Assembly: GCA_964593375.1 (NCBI GenBank) | Contig: CAZQIF010000002.1 | Span: forward strand, 7,197 to 71,196 | DNA: 64,000 nucleotides | DNA from: an uncultured Candidatus Saccharibacteria bacterium | GTDB taxonomy: Bacteria; Patescibacteriota; Minisyncoccia; Phycocordibacterales; UBA918 | Direction: 5' to 3' | Shown here: positions 26,484 through 35,698 of the stretch, piece after piece | Layout of the letters: every line of letters begins with the position of its first letter | How positions within the stretch are numbered: the stretch's first letter is position 1 | Notes under the pieces: model-generated | What the model was told of the DNA's origin: nothing | The model's input: the letters and a program-made list of their open reading frames with translations, nothing else | Databases searched by the model: none | Program-made: the position numbers and the translations under genes

Positions 26484-27431
26484 TTATTTGTCAAAACTTT
26501 CCCCTTTTTTCTTAAAGTATAAGTTATTGCCAAACTTCTGACCGTAAATAAACTTGATAAGCTCCTGAAGATAATGCAAATTTTGTGTTTTTGTGATTCC
26601 TTTAAGAAACTTCTTAATCACATACTTTGTGGCTATGGGTTCGAGTCCGGCTCGTTCGCCTAATTTAGTAATTGATTTGTTGGTAAATACATTGATGTGC
26701 TCCAGAGGGTCAATAATTTTTGGTACTTTTTCATCTCCCTTGTAGTTTTGTATCAGTTTTTTATTTATACTCTCTCTTGTTCCATAGGGGATAGAAATGT
26801 TTACTATTCCGTTTGGCTTAAGCAATTTAACAATTTCTTGAACATAAGCAATAGGCTCACTAACATGCTCAAATACGGCTTCGGAAAAAATGAAGTCAAA
26901 TTTCTGATTCCCAGGTAATTCAGATATCTGTGAAAATACTCTCAGTCCATTATCTATGGAATAGTCTATTCTTTCTTTTTTAACTTCTATTCCATAAACA
27001 TTGTACCCGTATGCCTTCGCAAGTAATAACCAGTGCCCAAAGCCTGATCCGAATTCCAGAACATCAACCTTATTTGGTGCTATCGGAAGTAAAACTGATA
27101 TTCTTTCAACGTCACGCGCTTTCCCTCTGTAGTACGAAGTACCGCCCAAATTCTGCCTGGTAGGTATCTTAGTTGCATTCTTCTCTCGATATAGATATTT
27201 CCAGTAAAATTCATCAGAAGGAATGTGGGTTTGATAATAAAAATTACAGTTGTTACAGTATGCAATTTCAAACGGAACTTCATTGAAATCTTCTTTATTA
27301 AACTCACCGTATCTTTCACTTATAAGACCGAATAGCTGAGGACTTGTGTATTTATAAGAAAAAATTATCTGCGAGTTCTCTCTTGACTCACATAAAAAAC
27401 ATTTGTCCCGATATAAAAAATTATTACTCAT
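26484..27431 (-). CDS. Class I SAM-dependent methyltransferase with N-terminal Cys4 zinc-ribbon
   Basis: N-terminal CFLCES...CNNCNF, then VLEFGSGFGHWLL (motif I) and DFIFSEAVFEHV (motif II-like). It is 315 aa. Confidence 0.65.
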   Translation of the reverse strand: MSNNFLYRDKCFLCESRENSQIIFSYKYTSPQLFGLISERYGEFNKEDFNEVPFEIAYCNNCNFYYQTHIPSDEFYWKYLYREKNATKIPTRQNLGGTSYYRGKARDVERISVLLPIAPNKVDVLEFGSGFGHWLLLAKAYGYNVYGIEVKKERIDYSIDNGLRVFSQISELPGNQKFDFIFSEAVFEHVSEPIAYVQEIVKLLKPNGIVNISIPYGTRESINKKLIQNYKGDEKVPKIIDPLEHINVFTNKSITKLGERAGLEPIATKYVIKKFLKGITKTQNLHYLQELIKFIYGQKFGNNLYFKKKGESFDK

Positions 27432-27608
27432 AGTGAAAAGTATACCAGAATATAATTGTTTTCTTTTAACTTACTCTGTGAAAAGAACAAATCAGGAATT
27501 TAAGTTATGTGGGAAGCAGAGTCTCTCGACAGTTCTATAATTTGATTGTACTATCACGATCAGAAGTTCTCGCAAAATCACTCAAAACTAACCCAAGAAG
27601 GAGTACAA

Positions 27609-29309
27609 ATGAAATCCATTCGTATCAAGGATGCGACCTACGTCCATCCGAGCGACCGTGTGAAGGAACTCAAAATGAATGCCCTCACGGGTGTTCATGT
27701 TTGTTTCATCAACATGCCACTTCGAGAGTCGGCACGCCCCAATACCCCACCGCAAGGACCGGGGCTCATGGCGGCCCGTCTTCGACAGTATGGAGCAACA
27801 CCGAGCATCATCGATCTCAATGCGTACCGCATTGAGGACGCTGAGGCGAGTCAAAAAGGACTGCGGAATGGGCGCCACCTGAATCATGAGGAAGCCGAGC
27901 AACTTATCTTGGCCCACTTCGGGAAATATGGTGAGCCCGATATCATCGGCATCTCCGGGAAAATCACCACGCTCAAGTGGCAACAGTGGGTAGCTCGGTT
28001 TTGCAAAAAAGTCGCTCCAGATGCATTTCTGATTTCGGGCGGCGGTCTTGCTACTGAGTTCAAAAAAGGTCTCTTTAACTGGGTTCCTGAGCTCGACGCA
28101 ATTGGACATTCAGAGGGTGATGACATCATTCTCCTCTGTGCCCATGACGTTAAGCTCTCGGGAAAAACCCGCGCGAAGATGACTCACTCCCCCCACTATG
28201 TCGGAGAAATTGCCGGCAAGCATCGATTCGTGTATGCGGGCGACCGCCCTCACAACCTCGATGTGTTACCGTTTGCAGCATGGGACCTCCTCGAACGAGA
28301 TGTCTACGGAAATCCTGTGCTCGAGTGGTACATAGAGACGCCAGTCTGGGGTCTTGCTGCAAATAACTCGTCCGCAGCAAACTTTGTCACAAAACGGAGT
28401 TTGACCACGGTCTCGAGTCGCGGATGCCCACACGCTTGCTCGTTCTGCTACCGCGGAGCACAAGGCGAACGCAATTGGGGCATTCGGAGTCCGTTCAATC
28501 TCCGCGAGGAGGCAGAATGGCTCATCCGGACCTACGGCGTTGACTTCATCGGGTTCCCTGATGACAACTTCGCTGTAGACTGGAAACGTTGTGCCGCACT
28601 GCCTAAGGCATTTGAAGGTCTCGACTTCCGTTGGGGTACGCACACACGCCTCGACGAATGTACGATGAATCGCATCGTACCGATGGCAGAGTCTGGATGT
28701 ATCTACATCGGAGTTGGTGCAGAGAGTGCTTCAAAGTCTACGCTCTACCGCATGAAAAAAGGCGGACACATCATCAAGCAACGCGGTGTGGAGCGCATGA
28801 CCAAGGTCGGTGACTACGAGTTCCCCACGACCATGATGGAGGGGATTGAAAATTGCCGAGAGGTTGGTATTCACGTGAACGCAACGTGGATGATGGCGTA
28901 TCCAGGGGAGACGCTCGAAGATTTGAAAACGAGTGTCGCGTTCATCAAGTGGCAAGAGGAGCTGTACACCAAAGGTCTCACTCCGGGCACACCTGAGTAC
29001 GCCATTGCGTGGACATCAGTCAATCGGATGATGTTTACCGCTACGGCGTACCCTGGGACAGATATGTTCAAAGACCCGATGGTGCGTGAGCTTCTCGGGA
29101 AGAACTTTGGACTCTCCTTTACGGAGAATGGTGACCCGGTCTGTGATGATGCAATGGAGTGGTACGTTCAGGAACTGGACGACGCCACCAAGGTGCTCCA
29201 CGGTAAGGATGGAAAACCACTCAACTTCTCGGCGATGTCGGAAGAAGTGTTCCTCGAGGCACGGCAACACGTCAACGAGGGACATATCGAGAAGGTACTC
29301 GATATGTAA
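27609..29309 (+). CDS. Cobalamin (B12)-binding domain / radical SAM enzyme (class B rSAM)
   Basis: The start was chosen at MKSIRIKD, preceded by aaggag. The N-terminal B12-binding-like domain shows FINMPL...DIIGISGKITT. The radical SAM core is SSRGCPHACSFCY (CxxxCxxC). It is the only plus-strand gene in this stretch. Confidence 0.8.
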   Translation: MKSIRIKDATYVHPSDRVKELKMNALTGVHVCFINMPLRESARPNTPPQGPGLMAARLRQYGATPSIIDLNAYRIEDAEASQKGLRNGRHLNHEEAEQLILAHFGKYGEPDIIGISGKITTLKWQQWVARFCKKVAPDAFLISGGGLATEFKKGLFNWVPELDAIGHSEGDDIILLCAHDVKLSGKTRAKMTHSPHYVGEIAGKHRFVYAGDRPHNLDVLPFAAWDLLERDVYGNPVLEWYIETPVWGLAANNSSAANFVTKRSLTTVSSRGCPHACSFCYRGAQGERNWGIRSPFNLREEAEWLIRTYGVDFIGFPDDNFAVDWKRCAALPKAFEGLDFRWGTHTRLDECTMNRIVPMAESGCIYIGVGAESASKSTLYRMKKGGHIIKQRGVERMTKVGDYEFPTTMMEGIENCREVGIHVNATWMMAYPGETLEDLKTSVAFIKWQEELYTKGLTPGTPEYAIAWTSVNRMMFTATAYPGTDMFKDPMVRELLGKNFGLSFTENGDPVCDDAMEWYVQELDDATKVLHGKDGKPLNFSAMSEEVFLEARQHVNEGHIEKVLDM

Positions 29310-29323
29310 CAATGTAACAACTC

Positions 29324-29354
29324 AAGGGGTCGCTCGCGCGACCCCTTTTATTTT
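29324..29354. terminator. Canonical bidirectional rho-independent terminator between rSAM (+) and neuA (-)
   Basis: aaggggtcgc-tcgc-gcgacccctt followed by ttatttt. Confidence 0.7.
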
Positions 29355-29372
29355 GGACAGTTATACAAGCGC

Positions 29373-30089
29373 TTACTCTAACTCGCTTCTTTTCTTAAGT
29401 AATTGCTCAATGAGCCAAAGCTGAAATTCACTATCGATTTGAATTGAGTCTTCTTGTGTCATTTCAATAACACCAACCTTACCTCCCCACCTGTGATTGT
29501 TCGCCATAAATAGATCATGACTTGTTACATAGAAAGCTCCATTTTCATGTAATATCTTTGGTAAATCCTGGCGCACCACCCTGCTTAAAACCGGGGCTTC
29601 TGGTACGTAATTATATGCACCTGTATTTTCGTCTTTCTTAACAAGCCATTTCCATTCATACGTCTCAGGATTAAAAGCTGTAATGCAAGAATCAAAATCA
29701 CCACGAAGGACGGCAGTGACGCTCTCCCGAATTGTTTCCGGCTTCAGAAGAGGTGATGTTGGTTGAATAAGAGACACCAACTCAGGAACATATCCTTCAA
29801 TTTCTTTAAGTTGACTCAGTGCATCGTGAATAACTGGTTCAAGGGTAACCTTATCTCCAGCGAGCTCTAGAGGGCGATTTATTACTTCAGCACCATACTC
29901 TTTTGCTACCTTGGCAATTTCTTCATCCTCAGTTGAAACAAAGACCCTATCAACAACGCCTGAATTTAGAGCCGCCTTAATGGTATATGAGACAAGTGGT
30001 TCACCGAGAATTTTTCGGAGATTCTTCCTTGGCACCCCCTTGCTTCCACCTCGTGCTGGTATTATGCAGATGACTTTTTTAGTTTCCAT
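29373..30089 (-). CDS. neuA: CMP-nonulosonic acid synthetase (N-acylneuraminate cytidylyltransferase, NeuA-like)
   Basis: KVICIIPARGGSKGVPRKNLRKILGEPL is the hallmark CMP-NeuAc/CMP-KDO synthetase N-terminus. It is 238 aa. Confidence 0.85.
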   Translation of the reverse strand: METKKVICIIPARGGSKGVPRKNLRKILGEPLVSYTIKAALNSGVVDRVFVSTEDEEIAKVAKEYGAEVINRPLELAGDKVTLEPVIHDALSQLKEIEGYVPELVSLIQPTSPLLKPETIRESVTAVLRGDFDSCITAFNPETYEWKWLVKKDENTGAYNYVPEAPVLSRVVRQDLPKILHENGAFYVTSHDLFMANNHRWGGKVGVIEMTQEDSIQIDSEFQLWLIEQLLKKRSELE

Positions 30090-30117
30090 ATATAATATTT
30101 AGCTTGCCTAATATAAC

Positions 30118-31482
30118 TTAATTATCGAAGATAAGTTTCGTAATGCGTTCTGCAGATTTACCATCAAGTTTCCACATATGTATCTCGGCAAATTGTTTGC
30201 GCTCCTTACGATTAATTTCTGGATGCTCAAGATATGTGTTAATCCACTCTGCAAGTTCGTCCTCATTTTTAACCTTAGGGCTTGCACCATGTGACAGAAA
30301 ATAGACTACACACTCCTCAGATTGCCACCTTGCAAGACTCCTCAAAAAAGGTACATCCTGTTCCCAACCGTCAAAACCAATTGAAATAACGGGTCTATCA
30401 AACATAACTGCATCGACAATAATTGAAGAAAAAGTATTTATCATCAAATGTATATGAGAAAGCGTATCTGCCAAATGAAGTCTGTTTGCTCTCCCTTCTT
30501 CACGTTCCCTTCCGCGAGCACCTTGATATACAGTCAAGTTCGATTCAAAAACAAAGTTCTCATCGGCTTGGAATTTGCTGTAGTCGGTATCGTTATACGG
30601 GTGTGGACGAACCAAAAATTGTATATTTTGTGGAATTCTTTTTTCATTGTATAGCTTTTGTAAAATAGACAAAACTTGCCAATCTGTGTCCACAAAAACG
30701 CCCGAAGCAGGACACACTAGGATAATTTTCTTTTTTACATCAAGACCCAAATCAGTACAAAACTTCTCCCGTGAAACTGATGGCGCATAGTCAAGATATT
30801 CTTCAAATTGAGGAACTCCAGACATATGAATAATTCTTTGATTCACATTATGGAGACGTGAAAGTTCTTCCTTAATAACCTCGTTTTGAACAATGACCTT
30901 ATCAGGAACCGTTCTTAAATACACCTTTGTTGACGTATTATCCCAAGAGCGTGTCATGCCAACAGTTTTAATTCCAAATTTTCGTGCTCGATTAATTAAT
31001 GAAACATTAGCTGAATCAAAAATGTCAGTTGAAAAAACTACGTCTGGTTTATATTTCAAAAACAATTGATCAAACTCTGTTGTTTGAGAAATATGATAGT
31101 TGAAGAATCTGAAGACTGATTTAAAAAATGTTATATGGCCAAGAACTTTTGTAACCACTGTTTCGAAAAAATATCTAACAGGAGCATTGAATTTTTCTTT
31201 CCTAACTAATTTATGATATTTCTTTACCTTCGTATCCAATAATAAATCTGCAACTCGTTCAAAAATAACATTTCTTGGCTCAGTATTAATTTTTTCAAAA
31301 GGTATACCCTCTACAACAACGTTTTGATAATTTGCATACGTGCTAGAAAAATATTCTTTCTTATGATCAAGTACAAGAAGAATTACCTTGTTATCCTTAG
31401 CGATTTCAGCCAGCACACCTGAATCTAAAATATTTCTGGTTACGAAAGGATGAAAATCAGAGAGAAATAGGCATTTGTTCAT
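30118..31482 (-). CDS. GT-B fold CDP-glycerol glycerophosphotransferase (TagB/TagF) family protein; candidate polyol-phosphate or nonulosonate transferase
   Basis: KIILVCPASG (compare ILYAPTWR), FLVRPHPYN (catalytic HP motif), LMINTFSSIIVDAVMFDRPVI (compare ITDYSSVxFDFxxLxKP). It is 454 aa. Confidence 0.55.
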   Translation of the reverse strand: MNKCLFLSDFHPFVTRNILDSGVLAEIAKDNKVILLVLDHKKEYFSSTYANYQNVVVEGIPFEKINTEPRNVIFERVADLLLDTKVKKYHKLVRKEKFNAPVRYFFETVVTKVLGHITFFKSVFRFFNYHISQTTEFDQLFLKYKPDVVFSTDIFDSANVSLINRARKFGIKTVGMTRSWDNTSTKVYLRTVPDKVIVQNEVIKEELSRLHNVNQRIIHMSGVPQFEEYLDYAPSVSREKFCTDLGLDVKKKIILVCPASGVFVDTDWQVLSILQKLYNEKRIPQNIQFLVRPHPYNDTDYSKFQADENFVFESNLTVYQGARGREREEGRANRLHLADTLSHIHLMINTFSSIIVDAVMFDRPVISIGFDGWEQDVPFLRSLARWQSEECVVYFLSHGASPKVKNEDELAEWINTYLEHPEINRKERKQFAEIHMWKLDGKSAERITKLIFDN

Positions 31483-32591
31483 CTTGCTGGTTTTTTACTC
31501 ATAATTTCAGTGATTGTCGCGATAACAAAATCTTGTTCAATCTTCCTAAGTCTTGTATAAAGTGGAAGCGTAATAGTACCCAACCCAATTCTCTCAGTGT
31601 GTGGATACATCCCTTTTTTGTATCCAAGCTTTTTGTAATAAGGTTCGAGATGTATTGGGTTGTAGTGTATATCTGCGGGCACCCCTGCTTCTTTGAGACG
31701 CTTCCTGATTGCATCTCGCTTCCTAGGATCGACCACAATCGTAAACATGTGGTAAGCATGTTTTGTATTAGGGACCACACTGAGCAGTTTTATCCCCGTA
31801 ATATTTTCAAGAGATTTCGTATAGTACTCATAAATCTTTTTTCGTTTTATCCATTCATGCTCAATTCGCTCTAATTGACCAAGTAGCATTGCCCCTTGCA
31901 TATTGGTCATACTGTACTTGTACCCAAGCCGAGTCATGTGTCTAATTGTTCCTGATCTATCAGAACCTGAGTCATTCAATAGTCTGACTTCTTCTGCAAG
32001 TTTCTTTGTGTGAACTCCAACAGCTCCACCTTCTCCCGCAGTAATATTTTTAGCTGCATGAAAACTAAAGCATGATGCAAAACTTAACTCACCAGGACGA
32101 ACTCCATCCCGAGAAGCTTCAAGTGCATGGGGAGCATCTTCAATCACCTTCAACTTATACTTCTTAGCGAGTTTTGCTAATGAGCGCATATCAGCCATTT
32201 GACCATAAAGATGTACCGGAATAATCGCTTTTGTTCGTTTTGTAATTGCCTTTTCAATTTCGGGAATAGAAATAAGTCCGGTTTCAGGCTCAACATCGAC
32301 AAATACTAATTTTGCTCCGACAAAAAGTACCACATTGCTCGTTGCCCAAAAGCTGAGTGGGGTTGTAATCACTTCATCCCCAGGACCAACTCCTGCCGCA
32401 AGAAGCGCAGTATGAAGCGCGGCAGTACCACTACTGTTCGCCACAATGAAAGGTAACCCGAGATATGTTGCGAGTTTTTCTTCAAAAGACCGAAGTTCAG
32501 GACCAGTCGCCAACCAGCCAGATTTGAGTACTTGAGTTACTGCCTTAATATCACTCGATTTAAGAGGTGGGTTAAGAAATGGGATACGCAT
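31479..32591 (-). CDS. DegT/DnrJ/EryC1/StrS family PLP-dependent sugar aminotransferase
   Basis: ...FIVANSSGTAALHTALLAAGVGPGDEVITTPLSFWATSN...IIPVHLYGQ...KVIEDAPHALEASRDG... are the fold-type I sugar aminotransferase motifs. The start was chosen at MRIPFLNPPL. The ORF-track start 32669 overlaps the upstream gene. Confidence 0.85.
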   Translation of the reverse strand: MRIPFLNPPLKSSDIKAVTQVLKSGWLATGPELRSFEEKLATYLGLPFIVANSSGTAALHTALLAAGVGPGDEVITTPLSFWATSNVVLFVGAKLVFVDVEPETGLISIPEIEKAITKRTKAIIPVHLYGQMADMRSLAKLAKKYKLKVIEDAPHALEASRDGVRPGELSFASCFSFHAAKNITAGEGGAVGVHTKKLAEEVRLLNDSGSDRSGTIRHMTRLGYKYSMTNMQGAMLLGQLERIEHEWIKRKKIYEYYTKSLENITGIKLLSVVPNTKHAYHMFTIVVDPRKRDAIRKRLKEAGVPADIHYNPIHLEPYYKKLGYKKGMYPHTERIGLGTITLPLYTRLRKIEQDFVIATITEIMSKKPAR

Positions 32592-32593
32592 AA

Positions 32594-33322
32594 TTATTTT
32601 TTTATGAATGTTAGCATCTTGTACTTCGACTTTGTATAACCAATCAAACGCAAAAAAGTATCCGCCCATAGCGTTATTCCGTATACGAATGCGTTGGTAC
32701 CAAGATGGTGGAAAAGAAAACTATCTATGAAATTTATGTGTCGGATTCCTTTTAATGCAAAATCCTGTTGTGCGAAAGACTTCTCAAGTGCATCAACTGT
32801 ATCTATTTTTTTGTACTCTAGATTTTTTTGGAAGTCGGGAATTTTGAATGGAATATATTCAAGAAGAACGACTCGAGCTCCTGGCTTCATATGCTGTATG
32901 TATGTATAAAAGACACTTCGTGCTTCAGGTGAAAAATGCACAAAGACAGTAGTCAAAATAACAAGGTCTGCCGATTGAATTTTTTGTCGTATGGCCTCAT
33001 CTGGAACAGAGCCACGCTGGAAACTAATTTGTGTCTGACTATTATATTTCTTCTGTGCGATTTCAATATTAAAAGGAAAATCAAATGCGGAAATTGATGC
33101 GGAAGTCATTTTTGCTATCTCAGCCGTATACTCTCCGACACCACACCCCACGTCAACAATGTCTTTAACTCCTGATAAATCAATTGACTGGAGCGCCTTC
33201 ACACGTACCTCAAATGCATATTGGTCCTGCCATTTATTATGGTAGTGACAAGGGTTGTCGCCTTTCTTCGTCTGTTCTTGCCAATATTTTGCAACACCCT
33301 CTGAGTCAAGCATAATCTGCAC
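32594..33322 (-). CDS. Class I SAM-dependent methyltransferase
   Basis: IVDVGCGVGEYTAEIA (motif I) and ADLVILTTVFVHF (motif II/III). It is 242 aa. Confidence 0.7.
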   Translation of the reverse strand: MQIMLDSEGVAKYWQEQTKKGDNPCHYHNKWQDQYAFEVRVKALQSIDLSGVKDIVDVGCGVGEYTAEIAKMTSASISAFDFPFNIEIAQKKYNSQTQISFQRGSVPDEAIRQKIQSADLVILTTVFVHFSPEARSVFYTYIQHMKPGARVVLLEYIPFKIPDFQKNLEYKKIDTVDALEKSFAQQDFALKGIRHINFIDSFLFHHLGTNAFVYGITLWADTFLRLIGYTKSKYKMLTFIKK

Positions 33323-34483
33323 TTATTTTATTAAGGCCTTATCATAAGCTCTCAAGTACTGTATCGCAATAGCATCCCAAGAATGCTTCTTTGCTTCCTT
33401 TCGTCCATTCTCTGACATATCGTTTCGAAGTTCTGGATTTGCAATAATTTTGCGAATAGCGTCGGAAAGTTCCGCATGTTCACCTTGAAGAACGAGGAAA
33501 CCGTTATATCCATTTTTAATAACATATTCAGAACCAAAACCATATGTACTTACAACTGGAGCACCAAGGGAATGGGCTTCATAAAATACCATGGGAAACC
33601 CCTCAAACGATCCATCAACCGTTTGAGCGGCGAGTACAAAAACTGTACAGGTAGCATAAAGTTCTATGAGCATTTCATCGCTCACTCGACCCAAGAGTTC
33701 TACACGATCCTCGAGGCCCAGGGCTTTAATTTCTTTTTTGAGTTGTTGCACATATGGAATGCCTTCATTGAAAGAACCAGCAAGTTTGTATTGAAGATCT
33801 GGGAATTCTTTTGCAAGAAGTGCGAGCGCGCGGACCGTATACAGTGCTCCCTTCCTCGGTTTAATTGCCCCTGTTGTTAAAATGAAAGGATACTGAGCGG
33901 TTTCATGAACTCCCGTATCTCTGTATTTTTCTGGATCAACTCCAAATGGTACAAATTCCCATTTTCCATGAAGTTGTTCAACTTCTTCAATAAGTTCTAT
34001 ATTTCTATTTGAACCCGTAGCAATAAATACCGCTTGACGGTACATAAACCGCATCATCATTCGTTTAACAATCTGACGTGGCTTGTTCCCCTTTGGAATA
34101 ACGCAATACGTACCTGCAATCGTGATAAAAAGTGGTTTTCTTAATACTTTAGCGGCAAGCGCTGCTCCTGGAGTAAGTGGTTCTACAAAAGTATGTATTG
34201 CGTCACACTTACGAAAGTATATGAGTGACATTATAAAAACACGAAGTTGATTCCAAATGCTGTAGGTAATGTACTTATTCGGAAGAACTCTGTGTATTTC
34301 ATAAGAAACTGAATCGTTTTGTGCATCTGATGCGGTGAGCACAATAACATTGTGTTTTTTTGCGACTGCCCCAATGATTCCTTTTGAAAGAGTATCCCAA
34401 CCACCGTAGTATGAGATCGATGAAGTGACACAGCCAATTGTGTAGTTTTTTGCTTCCATGATGGGACTCATAATACCACGCAC
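33323..34483 (-). CDS. Glycosyltransferase family 4 (GT-B, retaining)
   Basis: C-terminal ...RVELLGRVSDEMLIELYATCTVFVLAAQTVDGSFEGFPMVFYEAHSLGAPVVST...NGFLV is the GT4 EX7E region. It is 386 aa. Confidence 0.8.
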   Translation of the reverse strand: MRGIMSPIMEAKNYTIGCVTSSISYYGGWDTLSKGIIGAVAKKHNVIVLTASDAQNDSVSYEIHRVLPNKYITYSIWNQLRVFIMSLIYFRKCDAIHTFVEPLTPGAALAAKVLRKPLFITIAGTYCVIPKGNKPRQIVKRMMMRFMYRQAVFIATGSNRNIELIEEVEQLHGKWEFVPFGVDPEKYRDTGVHETAQYPFILTTGAIKPRKGALYTVRALALLAKEFPDLQYKLAGSFNEGIPYVQQLKKEIKALGLEDRVELLGRVSDEMLIELYATCTVFVLAAQTVDGSFEGFPMVFYEAHSLGAPVVSTYGFGSEYVIKNGYNGFLVLQGEHAELSDAIRKIIANPELRNDMSENGRKEAKKHSWDAIAIQYLRAYDKALIK

Positions 34484-34581
34484 TCAGTATCGAGATGGTT
34501 GATTTGCTTATAAATAAAAAATGTGCTCTAATATTCCTAGAAGATTTCAATTTCTACCACCTCTCGACAAGGAGCTCCGCG

Positions 34582-35613
34582 ATGAAGTTCGTACTTGTTG
34601 CTCGTGACATTGGTTCTGCAAACGTAACATCGAGGGTTGCCCATTCCCTGCTTGGAAGAGGCCACCAGGTGTACGCAGTAACCGAAGGGAAAGCTACGGG
34701 AATATTCCTAAATTCAGGGATTCATCCGATAGTTGCTCTGCCAGAAGTAATCACACAGAATTCAATCGACTTTGGAGATTTGTTTGATACTTTCTGCCCC
34801 GATGGGGTTGTTACAGGGCTTTCTAGTCCTATCAATCTCGAAAATACTGCCGGGCAGGTAGCGAACGCAAAACACATCCCTCTTGCAATCATTGAGGATG
34901 GTCATGGTGTGTCAAAGCGCACGGGAGCACATCCTAATTTGGTCTGTGCGGTCGATGAAATCGGAGTGGCGGAGAGCGAGAAAAATCATCCCGATGCGAA
35001 AGTTATCAAAGCTGGGAACATTGGTGTAAAGGACATATCGCCTTCAGAGGAGATGAAAAAGTGTGTTACCTACCTCAGGTCAAAATACGATGCACTTTTT
35101 GTCTTCACCGAATCGGGGAAGCCAAATAACTCTGCTGTTGATGAACAAATTGATCTTCTCATCAAGTGTGTCCGTATGTCGACGGGGAAAATTTGTATCA
35201 TCCCCCGTCTTCATCCAAAGTGGGCCAACGTCATTAAGGAAGGAATGAGTCTTCATGCGCGATGGATGGGAAAGTTGCTCTCTGGTATTCCTACACTTGA
35301 AGAAGTGAGCACCGGGAATACGGACGAACTTGTAGCATTGGCAGATGGGACAGTATCGGTTCTTTCAACACTCCTTACAACCTCGGCAAGTTGTGGCAAA
35401 CAAGCAATCTCGCTACGCACTCCTCGGTCGACAAGGTTTATGCAAGAAATTATGGGGTTTTCAACATTACCCCTTGTGTCCCTTGGTTGTGCTGCGGAGA
35501 TAGGTGAGCCTACTGACCTCCTTCAGGTACTTCGTAAGCAGTCACAAAAAGCAAACCTTTGGAAACTAACACCCTTCAATCCTGAGATAGTATATGAGGC
35601 TTTAACTCACTAG
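34582..35613 (+). CDS. Hypothetical GT-B-like transferase with EDG and HP motifs (TagF-like/sialyltransferase-like); candidate nonulosonate or polyol-phosphate transferase
   Basis: The start was chosen at MKFVLVARDIG. LAIIEDGHG is a D/E-D/E-G-like motif. ALFVFTESGK, CIIPRLHPKW (HP motif) and LVALADGTVSVLSTLL give an arrangement like the TagF/GT52-GT80 HP-motif families. No confident family assignment. Confidence 0.4.
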   Translation: MKFVLVARDIGSANVTSRVAHSLLGRGHQVYAVTEGKATGIFLNSGIHPIVALPEVITQNSIDFGDLFDTFCPDGVVTGLSSPINLENTAGQVANAKHIPLAIIEDGHGVSKRTGAHPNLVCAVDEIGVAESEKNHPDAKVIKAGNIGVKDISPSEEMKKCVTYLRSKYDALFVFTESGKPNNSAVDEQIDLLIKCVRMSTGKICIIPRLHPKWANVIKEGMSLHARWMGKLLSGIPTLEEVSTGNTDELVALADGTVSVLSTLLTTSASCGKQAISLRTPRSTRFMQEIMGFSTLPLVSLGCAAEIGEPTDLLQVLRKQSQKANLWKLTPFNPEIVYEALTH

Positions 35614-35698
35614 CCTGAGACCGCATACAAAAAGTTCTTCAGTAAATCGTTTACGCCCATTAGTCCCACCATCGGACTTTGGGCGTTTTCTTTTTAAC

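Noticed and set aside
27588-29424. Antisense or alternative-frame ORFs overlapping the B12-rSAM gene (27588..28109 -, 28266..28643 -, 29016..29312 -, 29086..29424 +)
   Set aside because: They overlap a gene with clear CxxxCxxC radical SAM and B12-domain motifs. Their peptides are Arg/Cys/Ser-rich without motifs.
31479-32669. Long start (32669) for the DegT aminotransferase ORF
   Set aside because: The first 26 codons (MGGYFFAFDWLYKVEVQDANIHKKII) overlap the 3' end of the upstream methyltransferase gene. The conserved aminotransferase N-terminus begins at MRIPFLNPPL (32591).
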